The notes: generated from the sequence alone by a model not told the origin. A stretch of DNA of 64,000 bases from Ascoidea asiatica JCM 7603 (GCA_001600695.1 BCKQ01000007.1:705712-769711); one strand, 5' to 3'. Shown: positions 1 through 11,294, counted from the stretch's first letter. Program-made: numbers and translations.

Positions 1-317
1 AGCAATGCCGGAGCCAAATTATCTTTCTAAGTCAATTGCAGTAATTTGTTGATTTAATTATTATATAGATTAGTCACTTCTTAAATAGTTATTTATCTTC
101 TTTTCTTAGGTTTCATGAAAATGAACCATTAATTGAACATATACTTTTTATCACTAATTCGCTTTTTTCTTTTCTCTTCTCTTCTTTTCTCGCCTGTAAA
201 TCATCTTATAAATTGCCTGTAAGATGAGTATTTCCAATCTTCTTTTTTGTATTTTATTTCAATTGATTTTTATGGAGCTTTTTTACATTTTTTGTATAAC
301 CGAGACTAGCCGATGAA

Positions 318-327
318 TGAAAAATTT
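318..327 (+). promoter_or_regulatory. RRPE motif (TGAAAAATTT), possibly for a gene beyond the left edge of the window
   Basis: Exact RRPE consensus in a locally GC-richer, promoter-like patch (300-410). A short AT-rich motif that could occur by chance. Confidence 0.3.
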
Positions 328-1078
328 GGAACGGAAGGAGAGCCGTTGTAATGATCTCACAAGCCTTGTGTTTTTTGGAGTGGCAGGTGTGTGGCTCGTG
401 TGATTGGCGATTGAGAAGAAAATGAAATTAAAAAACAAAAATAAAAAATTGAGGAGAAAGTGAAAATAAAAGTGAATGTTCATTCGAAACAATGGAAAAT
501 GTGCAGAAAGTTATCAAGAAACAGAACACATTTTGTGACAAATGGAAATTCAGATTCTCATTTCATGTTAAAATGAAAAAAACTAATGGAGGTTTATACT
601 TCTATATGAAGATTTTCAAATAAGTTTATAAAATTAAAACAAATTGACTGAATATTAAAATGTAAGAGTCTCAAGAACAATGAATAGATTTTCAATTCTT
701 ACTTTAATCATTGTTAATCTGAAATTTTATGAGATAATCGAGAAGTTTTAGTAATTTAATTTAAAAAATATTGAATTTTTCTTAATTTTAATTGAAGCCC
801 TTATAAAGCTTATTTTCTTTTAGTTACAAAATGGGAATTAGTAGTTTAAAAGAATAAGTTATTAGAAATGAGTAGATAGTTTAGTAACTTTAAATAATAA
901 ACAAAGTTTTTATGATTATTCAATTTTATATAAATAATTTTGTTTTTATCTCCATTTCTCAATTTTTGATTGTAAATAAGATAAATTATTAATCAATTTA
1001 AGTATAGTCATTCCTTTAAATCAATTAGATACTTTTTTTTTATTATTATCATTATTGTTATTATTATTACTCTTAAAA

Positions 1079-2110
1079 ATGAAGAGTAGTTTATTATTAA
1101 GTTTATATTGTTGTGCACAATTAATTGAAGGTAAAATTATTACAGTGACAGATATTAATACACATGTTGTAACTGATATTGTTACAAAATATTCAACAGT
1201 TTATGTTGATGGAGATGAAGATGAAGATGATATTACTTCTTCCTATTCTTCCTCTTCATCATATTCTTCAATTTACTCAACTTCAGATAGTGTAGTTGAT
1301 TTGGATTCTTCAACTTCAGAAACTGTTTATGAAGCAGCTTCAACTTTATCAAGTTCTTCATCAAGTGCTTTATCAAGTTCTTTATCAAGTTCTTCGGAAA
1401 GTTCAGTAGAAACAGATTTGGAAACATCTACAGTATTAAGTGCAGCAGCAGTAACTACATTATCTACAGTAACATCCACAAGTTCAGTAGCTTCAACTTC
1501 TTCATCTTCAACATCATCAATTGTTGCAGTTACAAGTGCAGTTTCAACTTCAGATTCTAGTAGTGAATCAAGTAGTGGTAAATATACAGTTGGAGAAATT
1601 TTTACATTAGATAATGAATATGCAAGTTGTACAGAAGTTTATGGAGTTTGTGGATCAAGTGGAGCAGCATGTTGTAATTTTGGAGCAACATGTTCAACAG
1701 TTAATGCAGAATATGCACAATGTAAACCAACAAGTGTTATTGATTCAGTTACAACAACTGCAATTACCGAACCTGATGGTAGTATTGAAACTGGAGCATT
1801 ATATTCAGGTAGAGGTACATATTGGACCCCATCAGATGGTAATGCATGTGGATTCACTGGAGTTTCAGAAGATGATTTTGTTGTTGCAATTGGTATTGAT
1901 TATTATGAAGAAAATACAGATGTTTATGATAAAAGTGATTTATGTGGAAAGACATTAATTGCTCAATATGGAGATAAAGCTGTAAAAGTTAAAGTTATTG
2001 ATGCTTGTGGATCTTGTGATAAATATAGTTTAGATTTTTCACCAGCAGCATTTGGTGAATTAGCTAGTATGAGTGCTGGAGTTCTTGGTATTACTTGGTA
2101 TTGGGATTAA
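1079..2110 (+). CDS. Secreted protein: signal peptide, Ser/Thr-rich linker, CBM1-like 6-Cys module and C-terminal RlpA-like DPBB (loosenin/expansin-like) domain
   Basis: First ATG at 1079 (MKSSLLLSLYCCAQLIEG, signal-like). CTEVYGVCGSSGAACCNFGATCSTVNAEYAQC at 1628-1723. DPBB motifs GRGTYW..GNACG, VVAI, CGKT, VKVIDACGSC..SLDFSPAAF, ITWYWD at about 1802-2107. Confidence 0.85.
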   Translation: MKSSLLLSLYCCAQLIEGKIITVTDINTHVVTDIVTKYSTVYVDGDEDEDDITSSYSSSSSYSSIYSTSDSVVDLDSSTSETVYEAASTLSSSSSSALSSSLSSSSESSVETDLETSTVLSAAAVTTLSTVTSTSSVASTSSSSTSSIVAVTSAVSTSDSSSESSSGKYTVGEIFTLDNEYASCTEVYGVCGSSGAACCNFGATCSTVNAEYAQCKPTSVIDSVTTTAITEPDGSIETGALYSGRGTYWTPSDGNACGFTGVSEDDFVVAIGIDYYEENTDVYDKSDLCGKTLIAQYGDKAVKVKVIDACGSCDKYSLDFSPAAFGELASMSAGVLGITWYWD

Positions 2111-3231
2111 TTTAAATGAAATAAATTAACTAATCTTTTTTTTTTTCAATTCAAAACTCTGATATTTTTTTTATATTTTAATGCAATTTTTATTAATTAT
2201 CAATTATCAATTGTTGTATTATTATCATTATTGTCTTATGCTAAAGAAGCATTAAATTATGCATTTTCTATTTAGGGTTTGAGACCATTTTTATGGATAT
2301 TCTAGATCAGGTTTTAAATAAAATCCGTATAAGTTACATTTGCCGTGTACATGGAAAACCTCACGGAAAAGTTCGGATCCAGAGCGGAGTTTTAACGGGA
2401 GTTTGGCGTGTCGGCACTAAGTCGGATTAGTTCGGACATAAACTGGAAATAAGCTGGAAACAGGCTGGAAGCAAAGGAACTCAGCTCGGAGTCAGCTCGG
2501 AGTGGTCGGAATTGGCGCGGAAAGCAGCGGTTACCGTCGGACCGAGTCTTGTTGCGGTCCGCTCGGGTGCTGTGGTTCTGTGGTGCTGTGGGCTTGGTGA
2601 AGGTGAAGGTGAAGGTGAAAGCAACTCCTGGGCCTGATTAATAATGCTGCAGTGTTTGATAATAGCCTTTGTTAGTAGCCTTTGATAGCTTTTAATATCT
2701 TTACTGTATCAGTTTTGCTACCCTTTTTATTATTAAATAAGGCTACTAATAATAATATTAATAATCCTCATATCCATAACAATAACAGTAGTATTAAGAC
2801 CAGTAATGAATGAATCATGATCCCTGGATCATGTTTTAGGATTGAAAATTTTTAATTTGTAATTTTATATTCTTAAATTCAAATTAGTAATAAAGCAAGC
2901 TAAATTTCATAGATAATCTAATAAAATTATGATATAAATTGATCAAAATCTAGTATTAGAAATAAATATCCAATTAATAATAACATATATACTATATTTC
3001 AATAAAATTCTTTAATCATATATAATCTATTGATATTCTTATGAAAGTAATCATTATATCTTTATCTTCTATCAAATATAATCAAATATAATCAAATTAA
3101 ATATAATTAATTAAAAATGGTTGCCATTTACATATTCTTTATAATATTCATTTCCTATCAAATGTGATATCAAAAATTATTCTACTTTTAATCAATTTAG
3201 ATATAAATATAATCCAAAATATAATACTCTA

Positions 3232-3284
3232 ATGTCAAATCTTATGTCAAATCTTATGTCACATCTTATGTCAATTCTTATGTC
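3232..3284. repeat. 12-bp tandem repeat (CTTATGTCAAAT)x~4.5
   Basis: Directly visible. Confidence 0.85.
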
Positions 3285-3508
3285 TCTTTATCATTCTTGC
3301 TTCTCTCAATGTTTTATATAATTATCTTTATATAATTTCATTTACCTATATTCTATTTAACTAATCATATTCTTTAATATCATATCTTATATATATATAA
3401 TCACTTACTATATCAATACTGTATATATAGGATAATCTAATATATATATATATAATAAAATATCTAATACATAATTGTAAATAATTCTGTAAATACAATA
3501 CATATCTC

Positions 3509-4777
3509 TTATAAATAGTAAACTTCTTTAATTCTTTCATTGATTCTATCATTGATTTCATTATTCCATTCATTATATTCATTCATTTCTCTTTCAAAAT
3601 CTTTTATATCATTATTCAAAAGTAAATCTCCAATTGAATATAAACTATTATTATTCATATTCACATTCAACTTATTCTCACTTTTATTCTTATTCATATT
3701 TCCATAGTCATCATACCTTTCACAAATTTTTATAAACCATTTCTCATTTTTAATTAATTCAAATGATAATTTAATATATTCATTCAAATTCTCTTCAATT
3801 TTCTTTATCTCTTTATCTTCTTTATCTAATTTCTTAAATTCAATTAATTTATTAAAAAAATTATCATAAATTCTTTTCTCTCTTTCTTTTTCATTTATTA
3901 TTTCTATACCTTTTACTTTTACTTTTACTTTGTATTTCTTAATAATAATCTTTTTATTAAATAATTTGAAATAAATTAATCCAATTAATCCAATTAAAAA
4001 CCCAAATTCATTATTAATTGAATTTAATTTCTTTTTTAATTTTATCTTTTTTATATTTTTCTTATAACTTATTATTATATTACATAAAATATTTTGTGTA
4101 ATTTTGAATTCATTACAAATTTCAATTATATCAATTAATCCAATTTCCTTTACTTTTTTAAATTCTTTTATTTCTCTTTCATTTTTTTTCTTTTCACTTT
4201 GTTCTTTCTTGCAATTGAAACTTTTATTGTCTTTTAATATGACATTCATATTTATATCTGTATTTATTTCATTATTGATTTCATTATAGATATCTGAAAT
4301 TGAATAATTATATTCTAAATTATTTCCAACCTTTTCAATTAATTCATCAACTAAACTATCATTACAATCACAATTATATTTATCATTCTTATAACCATTT
4401 TCTTTTTTTTCTATCTTATTACTATCACTAATATTTCGAAATTGAAAATTGAACAAAATTGATTGAAAAGTTTGAATTAAATTTTCTAAAATTTTTAAAT
4501 TGAATTTATTAAATGTATATTTTATTAAAATATTTAAATTTATATTAAAATTTATATTCAAATTAATATTCATTAAATTTAAATTATTAATATTATGTAA
4601 AATTGATAAATAACATGATATTGGTAATCTTGAACATTCTTCATAATTTGATAATTTTATAAAGTTTATTGAATTATTATATAAATTTATAGCAAAATTT
4701 GTTAAAAATATTGGAGGATCATTTATTGATGTTAATTCTCTTAATATTTGATTTGTTAATTGTATAATATTATTCAT
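3509..4777 (-). CDS. Hypothetical protein (422 aa, Asn/Ile/Lys-rich), no recognised domain
   Basis: 1.27-kb ATG-initiated ORF in DNA where stop codons are very frequent. Composition matches neighbouring genes. Confidence 0.65.
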   Translation of the reverse strand: MNNIIQLTNQILRELTSINDPPIFLTNFAINLYNNSINFIKLSNYEECSRLPISCYLSILHNINNLNLMNINLNINFNINLNILIKYTFNKFNLKILENLIQTFQSILFNFQFRNISDSNKIEKKENGYKNDKYNCDCNDSLVDELIEKVGNNLEYNYSISDIYNEINNEINTDINMNVILKDNKSFNCKKEQSEKKKNEREIKEFKKVKEIGLIDIIEICNEFKITQNILCNIIISYKKNIKKIKLKKKLNSINNEFGFLIGLIGLIYFKLFNKKIIIKKYKVKVKVKGIEIINEKEREKRIYDNFFNKLIEFKKLDKEDKEIKKIEENLNEYIKLSFELIKNEKWFIKICERYDDYGNMNKNKSENKLNVNMNNNSLYSIGDLLLNNDIKDFEREMNEYNEWNNEINDRINERIKEVYYL

Positions 4778-5137
4778 ATCAATTATTTAATATTCTATCT
4801 TCATTCAAACCAAATTTCAAACCCATATTTATACGTTGTTACTAATACTAATACTAATATTTTTTTCACAGTATGTAAATATGCTCGAATAAAGTTACTG
4901 GAATTAATCGTACCAAAATATGCAACTTCCACAAAAATCAATTCCAAAGTCAATATATGCATAAAACTGTGTGCAAACATCTAGCTACACTCAAAGGCAG
5001 CAACACACATGTGTCAATTTGATCCACAAAACTGGTAAAACCCCGAAAACAAAAAACAAATTCCCACTGGCCCCATCTATGTTTTCAAAATTTCAAAGCC
5101 AATGCATTATAAAGCCATGTTTTAAACAAATTGAAAT

Positions 5138-5224
5138 GCTCTTGTGGCCTAGTCGGTAGGGTATCGTTTTCCGGCTACTATTGGAAAACAACGAAGATCC
5201 AGGGTTCGAGTCCCTGCTCGAGCT
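5138..5224 (+). tRNA. tRNA-Arg(CCG) with 14-nt intron (5175-5188)
   Basis: GCTCTTG..CTCGAGC acceptor stem; A box TGGCCTAGTCGG; anticodon stem TCGTT/AACGA with TT-CCG-G (anticodon 5171-5173). Intron after position 37 contains TTGGAAAA, able to pair with the anticodon arm. T arm CAGGG-TTCGAGT-CCCTG; downstream T-run terminator. Confidence 0.9.
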
Positions 5225-5366
5225 TATTTTATTTTTCATCGTTTTTGAATTTGTCTATAGCAGTATAATTTAGTTAACTCGTTCAGTTTATTTTTTTGTG
5301 TTATGAAGTAACTGAATTTAAATTGAATACATGAATAATAAATAAATAAATATATAAATAATATAA

Positions 5367-8300
5367 TTAAATAACTAACTTAGAAAACTTTTGGTTCAAT
5401 TGAGCTTTTAACTCTTCGACATTTAATTTAGTTGAAGAGTCTGAATCGGATTCACTTTCAGAGTATTCTTTATTATAGTCATTGAATCTATCTTCATCAA
5501 TTCCAATATTATCAGAAACACTATTACCAGCTTCATTTAATCCATCATTAAAATATAAGTTATTCTTTGAAACAATTCGTTCTTCATTTTTATCGTTTGA
5601 TTTATTTCTTTTATCACTCAAAATTACTGGACTCAAAAGAGAAGGATAAATATTAACATAATTATCATCATAACTAACTTGTTTGAAGTTTTTATCCTCA
5701 ATTCTATCAGTTCTACTATCTTCATCTTCCATTATTTTTAACATTGGTAAATGAAGACCTACATTTAATTTGGAATATTGTTTTTTATGAATAATATTAT
5801 TTTCTATATTTTCGCTACTTTCTTTCCTATCATTTTTTTTTTCATTTATCAATTGTCTTTCTAACGTTTTTTCTAAATTTTTATTAATGGTATTTAGCAT
5901 CTCAGGTGGTAATGATAACCTTTTAAATTTTCTGCTTTTCATTTTTATTTCATTTTTATCACTTTCTTTTGAATTATCTTCCAAATTATTTTTGAATTCC
6001 CCATTTTCATATGTTATAGTTTCCTCCGTATTCAGACTATTTAAACTTATATCGTTTTTATTTATTTCTTTCTTATTTTTGTCTTTATCATCGTATTTAT
6101 CAGAATACTTATTATTATTATTATTATCAAAAAATTTAGGAATTCTTTCCATTGTCAATTTTTTAATATCTTTGAATGTTTCATTATATTGTTTAAGAAA
6201 ATCACTCAAATGATTATCTATATCTATGTAATTATTAATTTCTTCATTTATATTATATTTATTATTTAAATTATCATTATTGGAATCTGATTTGATTGAA
6301 TTTAATTTAAAATCAATAAATTTTAATTTGTCTGACAATTCATCAATAATTTTAAGATTATTGATTGAATTTTTATTTTTATCTATATTGTCAATTTTAT
6401 TACTTTTATCAATATTATCCATACTATTTTCAAAATTATTTGTTAATTGTGATTCTATAGTTATATTTGTAACATTACTATTGTTGGATAATACACTAAA
6501 TATACTATCTCTTGGATTATTGATATTATCATTATCATTATAGCTACTACTATTATTATTTTTATTATGATTATAAGTAATACTTAAATCAATATTGTTT
6601 AAAATAATAAAATCATCAATCAAATCATTCAAATTATTGAAAAATTTTACATTATTAGTTAAACATGAATTGATTAATCTCAATGCATCTAATTTGATAT
6701 AATTTTTAGATATTGAATCAAATTTATTATTTATATTATTATTTTCTTTTATTTTATTATTGAAAGGAATTAGTTCAATTAAATTCAAAATATTATTTAA
6801 AATATATGATTGTGATGAAGAGTCTAATTGAGTTTGAAAATGATTATGAGAATTTAAATTTGAGTTGAAAGAATTTAAATTGATTATATATATATTTAAA
6901 GTTAAAATAGATGATAAAAAAAATTTTCTAAAATTTTGAAAATTTTTTATATCACTTTGTAATTTATGATATAAATTTAGAAATTCTTTATTTTGATCAT
7001 TATCTGAATTTGTTATATCACTATCAATACTATTATTATTTGAATGAAAGTGAGATGAGGATCTAGGTGATGATAACTTGAAAGATTTTAAATTTGAATC
7101 TATATTATTATTGAAATTATTAGTTATATTATTGTTAAAGTTATTGGATATTGGAGTAAAAGAAGAGGAAGAAGAAGTATTAGAAGAAAAAGAGTTATAG
7201 TACATTTTTTGAAGATTAAAGTTCAAATCATTTAAATTTATATTATTATTGATTAAAATTTTATTTAATAGATTGAAAATTGTTAATGAAGTGTTATTAT
7301 TATTGAAATTCTTATTGAAGTTATTATTTATACAGTTAATTTTGAAAAATTTTAAGAGATAGTTTTTGAAACAATTAATTAAATTAAGAATTGAAGTTGA
7401 GATAAAAGTTGAAATTAGATTCATAAAAGATAATTTTTTTTTTTCAATTGATTTAAAATATTGTAATTGATTATTTTTTGAATTAATTTGAAATTTTGAA
7501 TTAAACTTAAAATTATTATTAGTAATTGATAGTGGTAAAATTGGATTTAAAAAAATGAAATTTTTTAAGTAAATTAAAATATTTGATAAATTTATATCAA
7601 ATTTTTGAAAAATTATGATGAATTCATTTAGATTAGAATTTAAATTATTGAATAAAGATGAATAATTCTTTTTATTCAAATTTGAATATAAATTTAATAA
7701 TAATAGAATTACATAAATGATTTTAGATTTTGAATTAGAAGATGGATTAATAGATGAGTTTAGTTTTAGTTTTTTTAAGATATTGATAAAGATGAAAGTT
7801 ATATTTGAATTTATTATAACTTTATTTACTTTATTTACTTTATTTGTTTGACAATTTTTTTTTATATTTAAATTATAAAATTTGATGTTATTTTTAAATT
7901 GAGATATATAAATTTGATTATTTAATAAATTTGAAGAAATTAAATTATAATTTAGTTTTTCAATATAATTAATTGATGAATAATTTATAGAAATTAGATT
8001 TTTTATAATATATTTTAATAAAATTTTAAAAGAATTTAAATTATTTAAAAAAAAGTGAGTATTTCTATTTCTTTTTTTAAATTTATTTAAAACTTTATTT
8101 GATTGATTTAATTTTTGATTTTGAAGTTTAAATTTTCTTAAATCATTTGAATTATGAGATATATTAGATATATTTGAAGTATTAGATAATTGAGAAATGT
8201 TTGATATATCAGATATGTGAGAAATATGAGTTAATTGACTTAAGGAAGAAAAATTTGATTTATTTCTTAATCTTGAATGAGAGTTTAATGAATTTGAAGT

Positions 8301-8528
8301 TAAAAATGAAGGAGGTTCAGGTAAATCAAGTTGATTAATATTTATATTATTATTGTTATTATTAAAAAAAGAAGAGTTTATTGAAGAAATTGAATTGATT
8401 TTAGATGAATGTTTTTCATTTATGAATAATGGATTATTATAATTATTTGAATTATAATTATTTGAAATGTAGTTATTTTCTTCTATTCCCCAATCAGATA
8501 AAGAATTTAATGAAGCAGTATCATCCAT
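5367..8528 (-). CDS. Inp2-like peroxisomal myosin receptor (vezatin/myosin-binding domain), Asn-rich
   Basis: 1053-aa ORF. The segment YIEKLNYNLISSNLLN followed by hydrophobic stretches resembles the fungal Inp2/vezatin myosin-binding region. The rest is low complexity. Confidence 0.55.
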   Translation of the reverse strand: MDDTASLNSLSDWGIEENNYISNNYNSNNYNNPLFINEKHSSKINSISSINSSFFNNNNNNININQLDLPEPPSFLTSNSLNSHSRLRNKSNFSSLSQLTHISHISDISNISQLSNTSNISNISHNSNDLRKFKLQNQKLNQSNKVLNKFKKRNRNTHFFLNNLNSFKILLKYIIKNLISINYSSINYIEKLNYNLISSNLLNNQIYISQFKNNIKFYNLNIKKNCQTNKVNKVNKVIINSNITFIFINILKKLKLNSSINPSSNSKSKIIYVILLLLNLYSNLNKKNYSSLFNNLNSNLNEFIIIFQKFDINLSNILIYLKNFIFLNPILPLSITNNNFKFNSKFQINSKNNQLQYFKSIEKKKLSFMNLISTFISTSILNLINCFKNYLLKFFKINCINNNFNKNFNNNNTSLTIFNLLNKILINNNINLNDLNFNLQKMYYNSFSSNTSSSSSFTPISNNFNNNITNNFNNNIDSNLKSFKLSSPRSSSHFHSNNNSIDSDITNSDNDQNKEFLNLYHKLQSDIKNFQNFRKFFLSSILTLNIYIINLNSFNSNLNSHNHFQTQLDSSSQSYILNNILNLIELIPFNNKIKENNNINNKFDSISKNYIKLDALRLINSCLTNNVKFFNNLNDLIDDFIILNNIDLSITYNHNKNNNSSSYNDNDNINNPRDSIFSVLSNNSNVTNITIESQLTNNFENSMDNIDKSNKIDNIDKNKNSINNLKIIDELSDKLKFIDFKLNSIKSDSNNDNLNNKYNINEEINNYIDIDNHLSDFLKQYNETFKDIKKLTMERIPKFFDNNNNNKYSDKYDDKDKNKKEINKNDISLNSLNTEETITYENGEFKNNLEDNSKESDKNEIKMKSRKFKRLSLPPEMLNTINKNLEKTLERQLINEKKNDRKESSENIENNIIHKKQYSKLNVGLHLPMLKIMEDEDSRTDRIEDKNFKQVSYDDNYVNIYPSLLSPVILSDKRNKSNDKNEERIVSKNNLYFNDGLNEAGNSVSDNIGIDEDRFNDYNKEYSESESDSDSSTKLNVEELKAQLNQKFSKLVI

Positions 8529-9415
8529 TTTAGGCTTAAAGTCATATTAAATTTGACGTAGATTCGAATGAATTTAAAAGAATTGAATGATTCAGAAGAA
8601 TTAAATGAATTGATTTAAAGAAATGAAATTGATTGATGAAAGATTTATTCTTACTTGAATTGTGATTTGAGAATAGACGCTGTTTACTTTTGAAGAGGAA
8701 GTTTTTAGAGCATAAACCTTTAAAGAAAAAGAATAAAACAGAGAAAGAGCTGGAGATGAGAGTAGTTATTATAATATATTATAATGTATTCTTTATTATA
8801 TCAGAAGAGTAATCATTTATGCATTGTTTATTGGTATTTATCTGATAATTGTTTTGTTTTATGATATATTTATTATGTATTTCTTGGAGTAAGGAAGTGA
8901 AACTCCTTTAAATTTGAATTTTGCAGTGGCGCTTAGGAGCAAAATGGAGTGAAATGGAATAAAACCAGTGAGAATCAAACACAAATTGAAAAAAGAAGAG
9001 GAAAACAACGAAAATAATCAGATCATCTTGATGAATAATATTTATTCGATTATAATATTGCATTTCTATAATATTGATATATAATATTTATACAAGATGA
9101 TCATTGAAATGGCATTAGTTTCAACTTACGATGGCGATGGAGTTGATTGAATTACTCAAAAGAGCATTGATTATTAGTATTAGTATTAGTATTAGTTATT
9201 AGTTATTAGGTGATCTAGAGATTATTTATATAAAAGTGAAAGAAAGTAGATGAAAGTAAAGTAAAAAAAGAAGAAGAATGTTATAATGAAGAATGAAATG
9301 AAGAATGAAATGAAGAATATAATAAAAGTAGAATATAATGAAGAAGTCTATGTAAAGTTTATAATATAGATATGGATATATATTTTATATATATTTTATA
9401 GGTGATTTAGGTAAT

Positions 9416-10231
9416 TTATAGGTAATTTTGATTATTATTATCTTTGTTATATAATTTTAGATATAAAATGGAGATAAATTTATGAATTTTAATAAAAATT
9501 AAATCATCATTAACAATTTTTGTTAAATTTATACCAGTTTTATATAATTTATTATCAAAATTATAAAAATTACTTGATTTTAAATATTTAAATTTATCAT
9601 AATTATTTATTAATATATTTTTTTCATAATTTAATCTTTTTAATTTTAATAAATTTATAATTTTTAGTAAATAAAATAAAATAATTTTATTATTTGAAAT
9701 TAAATTTATTAAATTATTTGAAATTATTGAAATTTTAAATTTTTTAAAATTACCTCTTGAATTAAATTCATTAATATTAAATTCAATTGAGATATTATAA
9801 AAATTTTTATAATTACCATTAATTAAAATTGGTAAATTTAAATCAACATTTTCTTGATCAAATAATTTTTTATTAATTTGATATAATTTTTGTTTAAATT
9901 TATTTGATAAAGGTAATTGAGATGAAATTATAATTCTATTATTATTTTCTGAGATTAATGAATTAATTTTATTTTTATTATCAGATTGTAATTGTAATTT
10001 ACATGAATTACAATAACTATTAACATTTGAATATATTGAATTTAATTCATTAAAATTTATAAGTTGATTAATTAAATTATCTCTTACTTTTTTATTATTA
10101 TTATTTGATATATTATTTGGAATATTAAAAGATTGTGTAGTCATGATAATTTTTGGACCATGCAATTCACAAAAATGACTTAACATGAATATATAATTTG
10201 TATCAGGTTCAAAATTATTCAAAACACTCAT
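9416..10231 (-). CDS. LST7: Lst7 / folliculin homolog (Lst4-Lst7 GAP for the Rag GTPase Gtr2)
   Basis: N-terminal LSHFCELHGPKIIMTTQ and CNSC zinc motif; later SRG motif of the folliculin longin domain. Confidence 0.9.
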   Translation of the reverse strand: MSVLNNFEPDTNYIFMLSHFCELHGPKIIMTTQSFNIPNNISNNNNKKVRDNLINQLINFNELNSIYSNVNSYCNSCKLQLQSDNKNKINSLISENNNRIIISSQLPLSNKFKQKLYQINKKLFDQENVDLNLPILINGNYKNFYNISIEFNINEFNSRGNFKKFKISIISNNLINLISNNKIILFYLLKIINLLKLKRLNYEKNILINNYDKFKYLKSSNFYNFDNKLYKTGINLTKIVNDDLIFIKIHKFISILYLKLYNKDNNNQNYL

Positions 10232-10321
10232 TTTTATAATTACTTTTGATAGTAGATTATGATTATAATTATATAACTTCTTTTGCTTATGATAACATTT
10301 TATATTTCAAATCGATAAATG

Positions 10322-10373
10322 ATTCTATGAAATATTCTATGAAATGTTCTATGAAATATTCTATGAGATATTC
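10322..10373. repeat. 12-bp tandem repeat (ATTCTATGAAAT)x~4
   Basis: Directly visible upstream of LST7. Confidence 0.85.
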
Positions 10374-10741
10374 AATGATAAATGCAAAGCTTAATCAGAT
10401 CAATCAATTGATATGAATAAGTGAATATCTGAGTATCAGAAGTGAGTAAGTGAGTAAGTGAGTAAGTGAATACTTGAATACTTGAATAAGTAAGTGAATA
10501 ACAGCTTCTTTTCTCTCTTTCCTCTGCTTCAATTTGTTTGTTTCCTTTTTTTTCTTCCATCTTCTTTTTTTTTGCTCTTTTTCTCGTTTCTCGCCTTCTT
10601 TTTCTTCAAACGCCATTTGCACTCAGAAAATGCCAAATTTGTTCTACTGTCACAGGGAAGTAAGCTGATTCATTGCCAAACTTTCTTGTTGAATATCCCG
10701 TTTCTCTAGTCAAGTCAGGTGTCCGCGTAAAAGATTTTCTT

Positions 10742-10751
10742 AAAATTTTCA
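10742..10751 (-). promoter_or_regulatory. RRPE motif upstream of BUD20
   Basis: AAAATTTTCA (reverse complement TGAAAATTTT) about 160 bp upstream of a ribosome-biogenesis gene. Confidence 0.55.
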
Positions 10752-10907
10752 TTTATTTTCATTTTCATTTTCATTTATTTTTGTTTTCAATGCTTTTTTA
10801 ATGCTTTTTTAATGCTTTTTCAGTTCTCTTCAATTTGAAATAACTCTGAAAAGAAGCAATTAAAGAAGCAAAGAAGTAAAGAAGCGATAATAAACAACTA
10901 ATACAGG

Positions 10908-11294
10908 ATGGGGAAACTAACAGTGATGAAATTCAAAACCAAGCGTCGCCAGAAGGACTTGGACTTGGTGTATGAAGATCTTTCAAGTGAAAGCAGCAAA
11001 CGATTGCAGAATCAGCCTTTGCAAGAAGACAAACCAGGTTTAGGTCAGTTTTATTGCATTGAATGCTCGAAATACTTCCAGTCTGAAAGTGCTATTGTAT
11101 CTCATAAGAAAGCTAAGATCCATAAGAGAAGACTCAGACAGTTGAAGACATTGCCATATACTCAAAAGGAAGCTGATGCTACTGCTGGTGTTGGTTTGGA
11201 TCATTTCATAAAACAAGTTGATAATTACAAAAAAGAAAACATTCTCAGAGCTGAAAAAAAAGAATCAGATCCAATTGAAATACAAGTTGAGTAA
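10908..11294 (+). CDS. BUD20: Bud20, C2H2 zinc-finger pre-60S export factor
   Basis: KTKRRQKDLDLVY, PGLGQFYCIECSKYF, HKKAKIHKRR, PYTQKEA motifs. Confidence 0.95.
   Translation: MGKLTVMKFKTKRRQKDLDLVYEDLSSESSKRLQNQPLQEDKPGLGQFYCIECSKYFQSESAIVSHKKAKIHKRRLRQLKTLPYTQKEADATAGVGLDHFIKQVDNYKKENILRAEKKESDPIEIQVE

Noticed and set aside
1-160. Possible minus-strand intron (GACTAAT branch-like sequence, TAG acceptor) of a gene running off the left edge
   Set aside because: No canonical GTATGT donor found and too little exon sequence to evaluate.
1055-1078. TTG-initiated extension of the CBM1-DPBB ORF (and the similar non-ATG extension of PIS1 to 41466)
   Set aside because: Eukaryotic genes; the first ATG (1079 and 41436 respectively) gives a sensible N-terminus.
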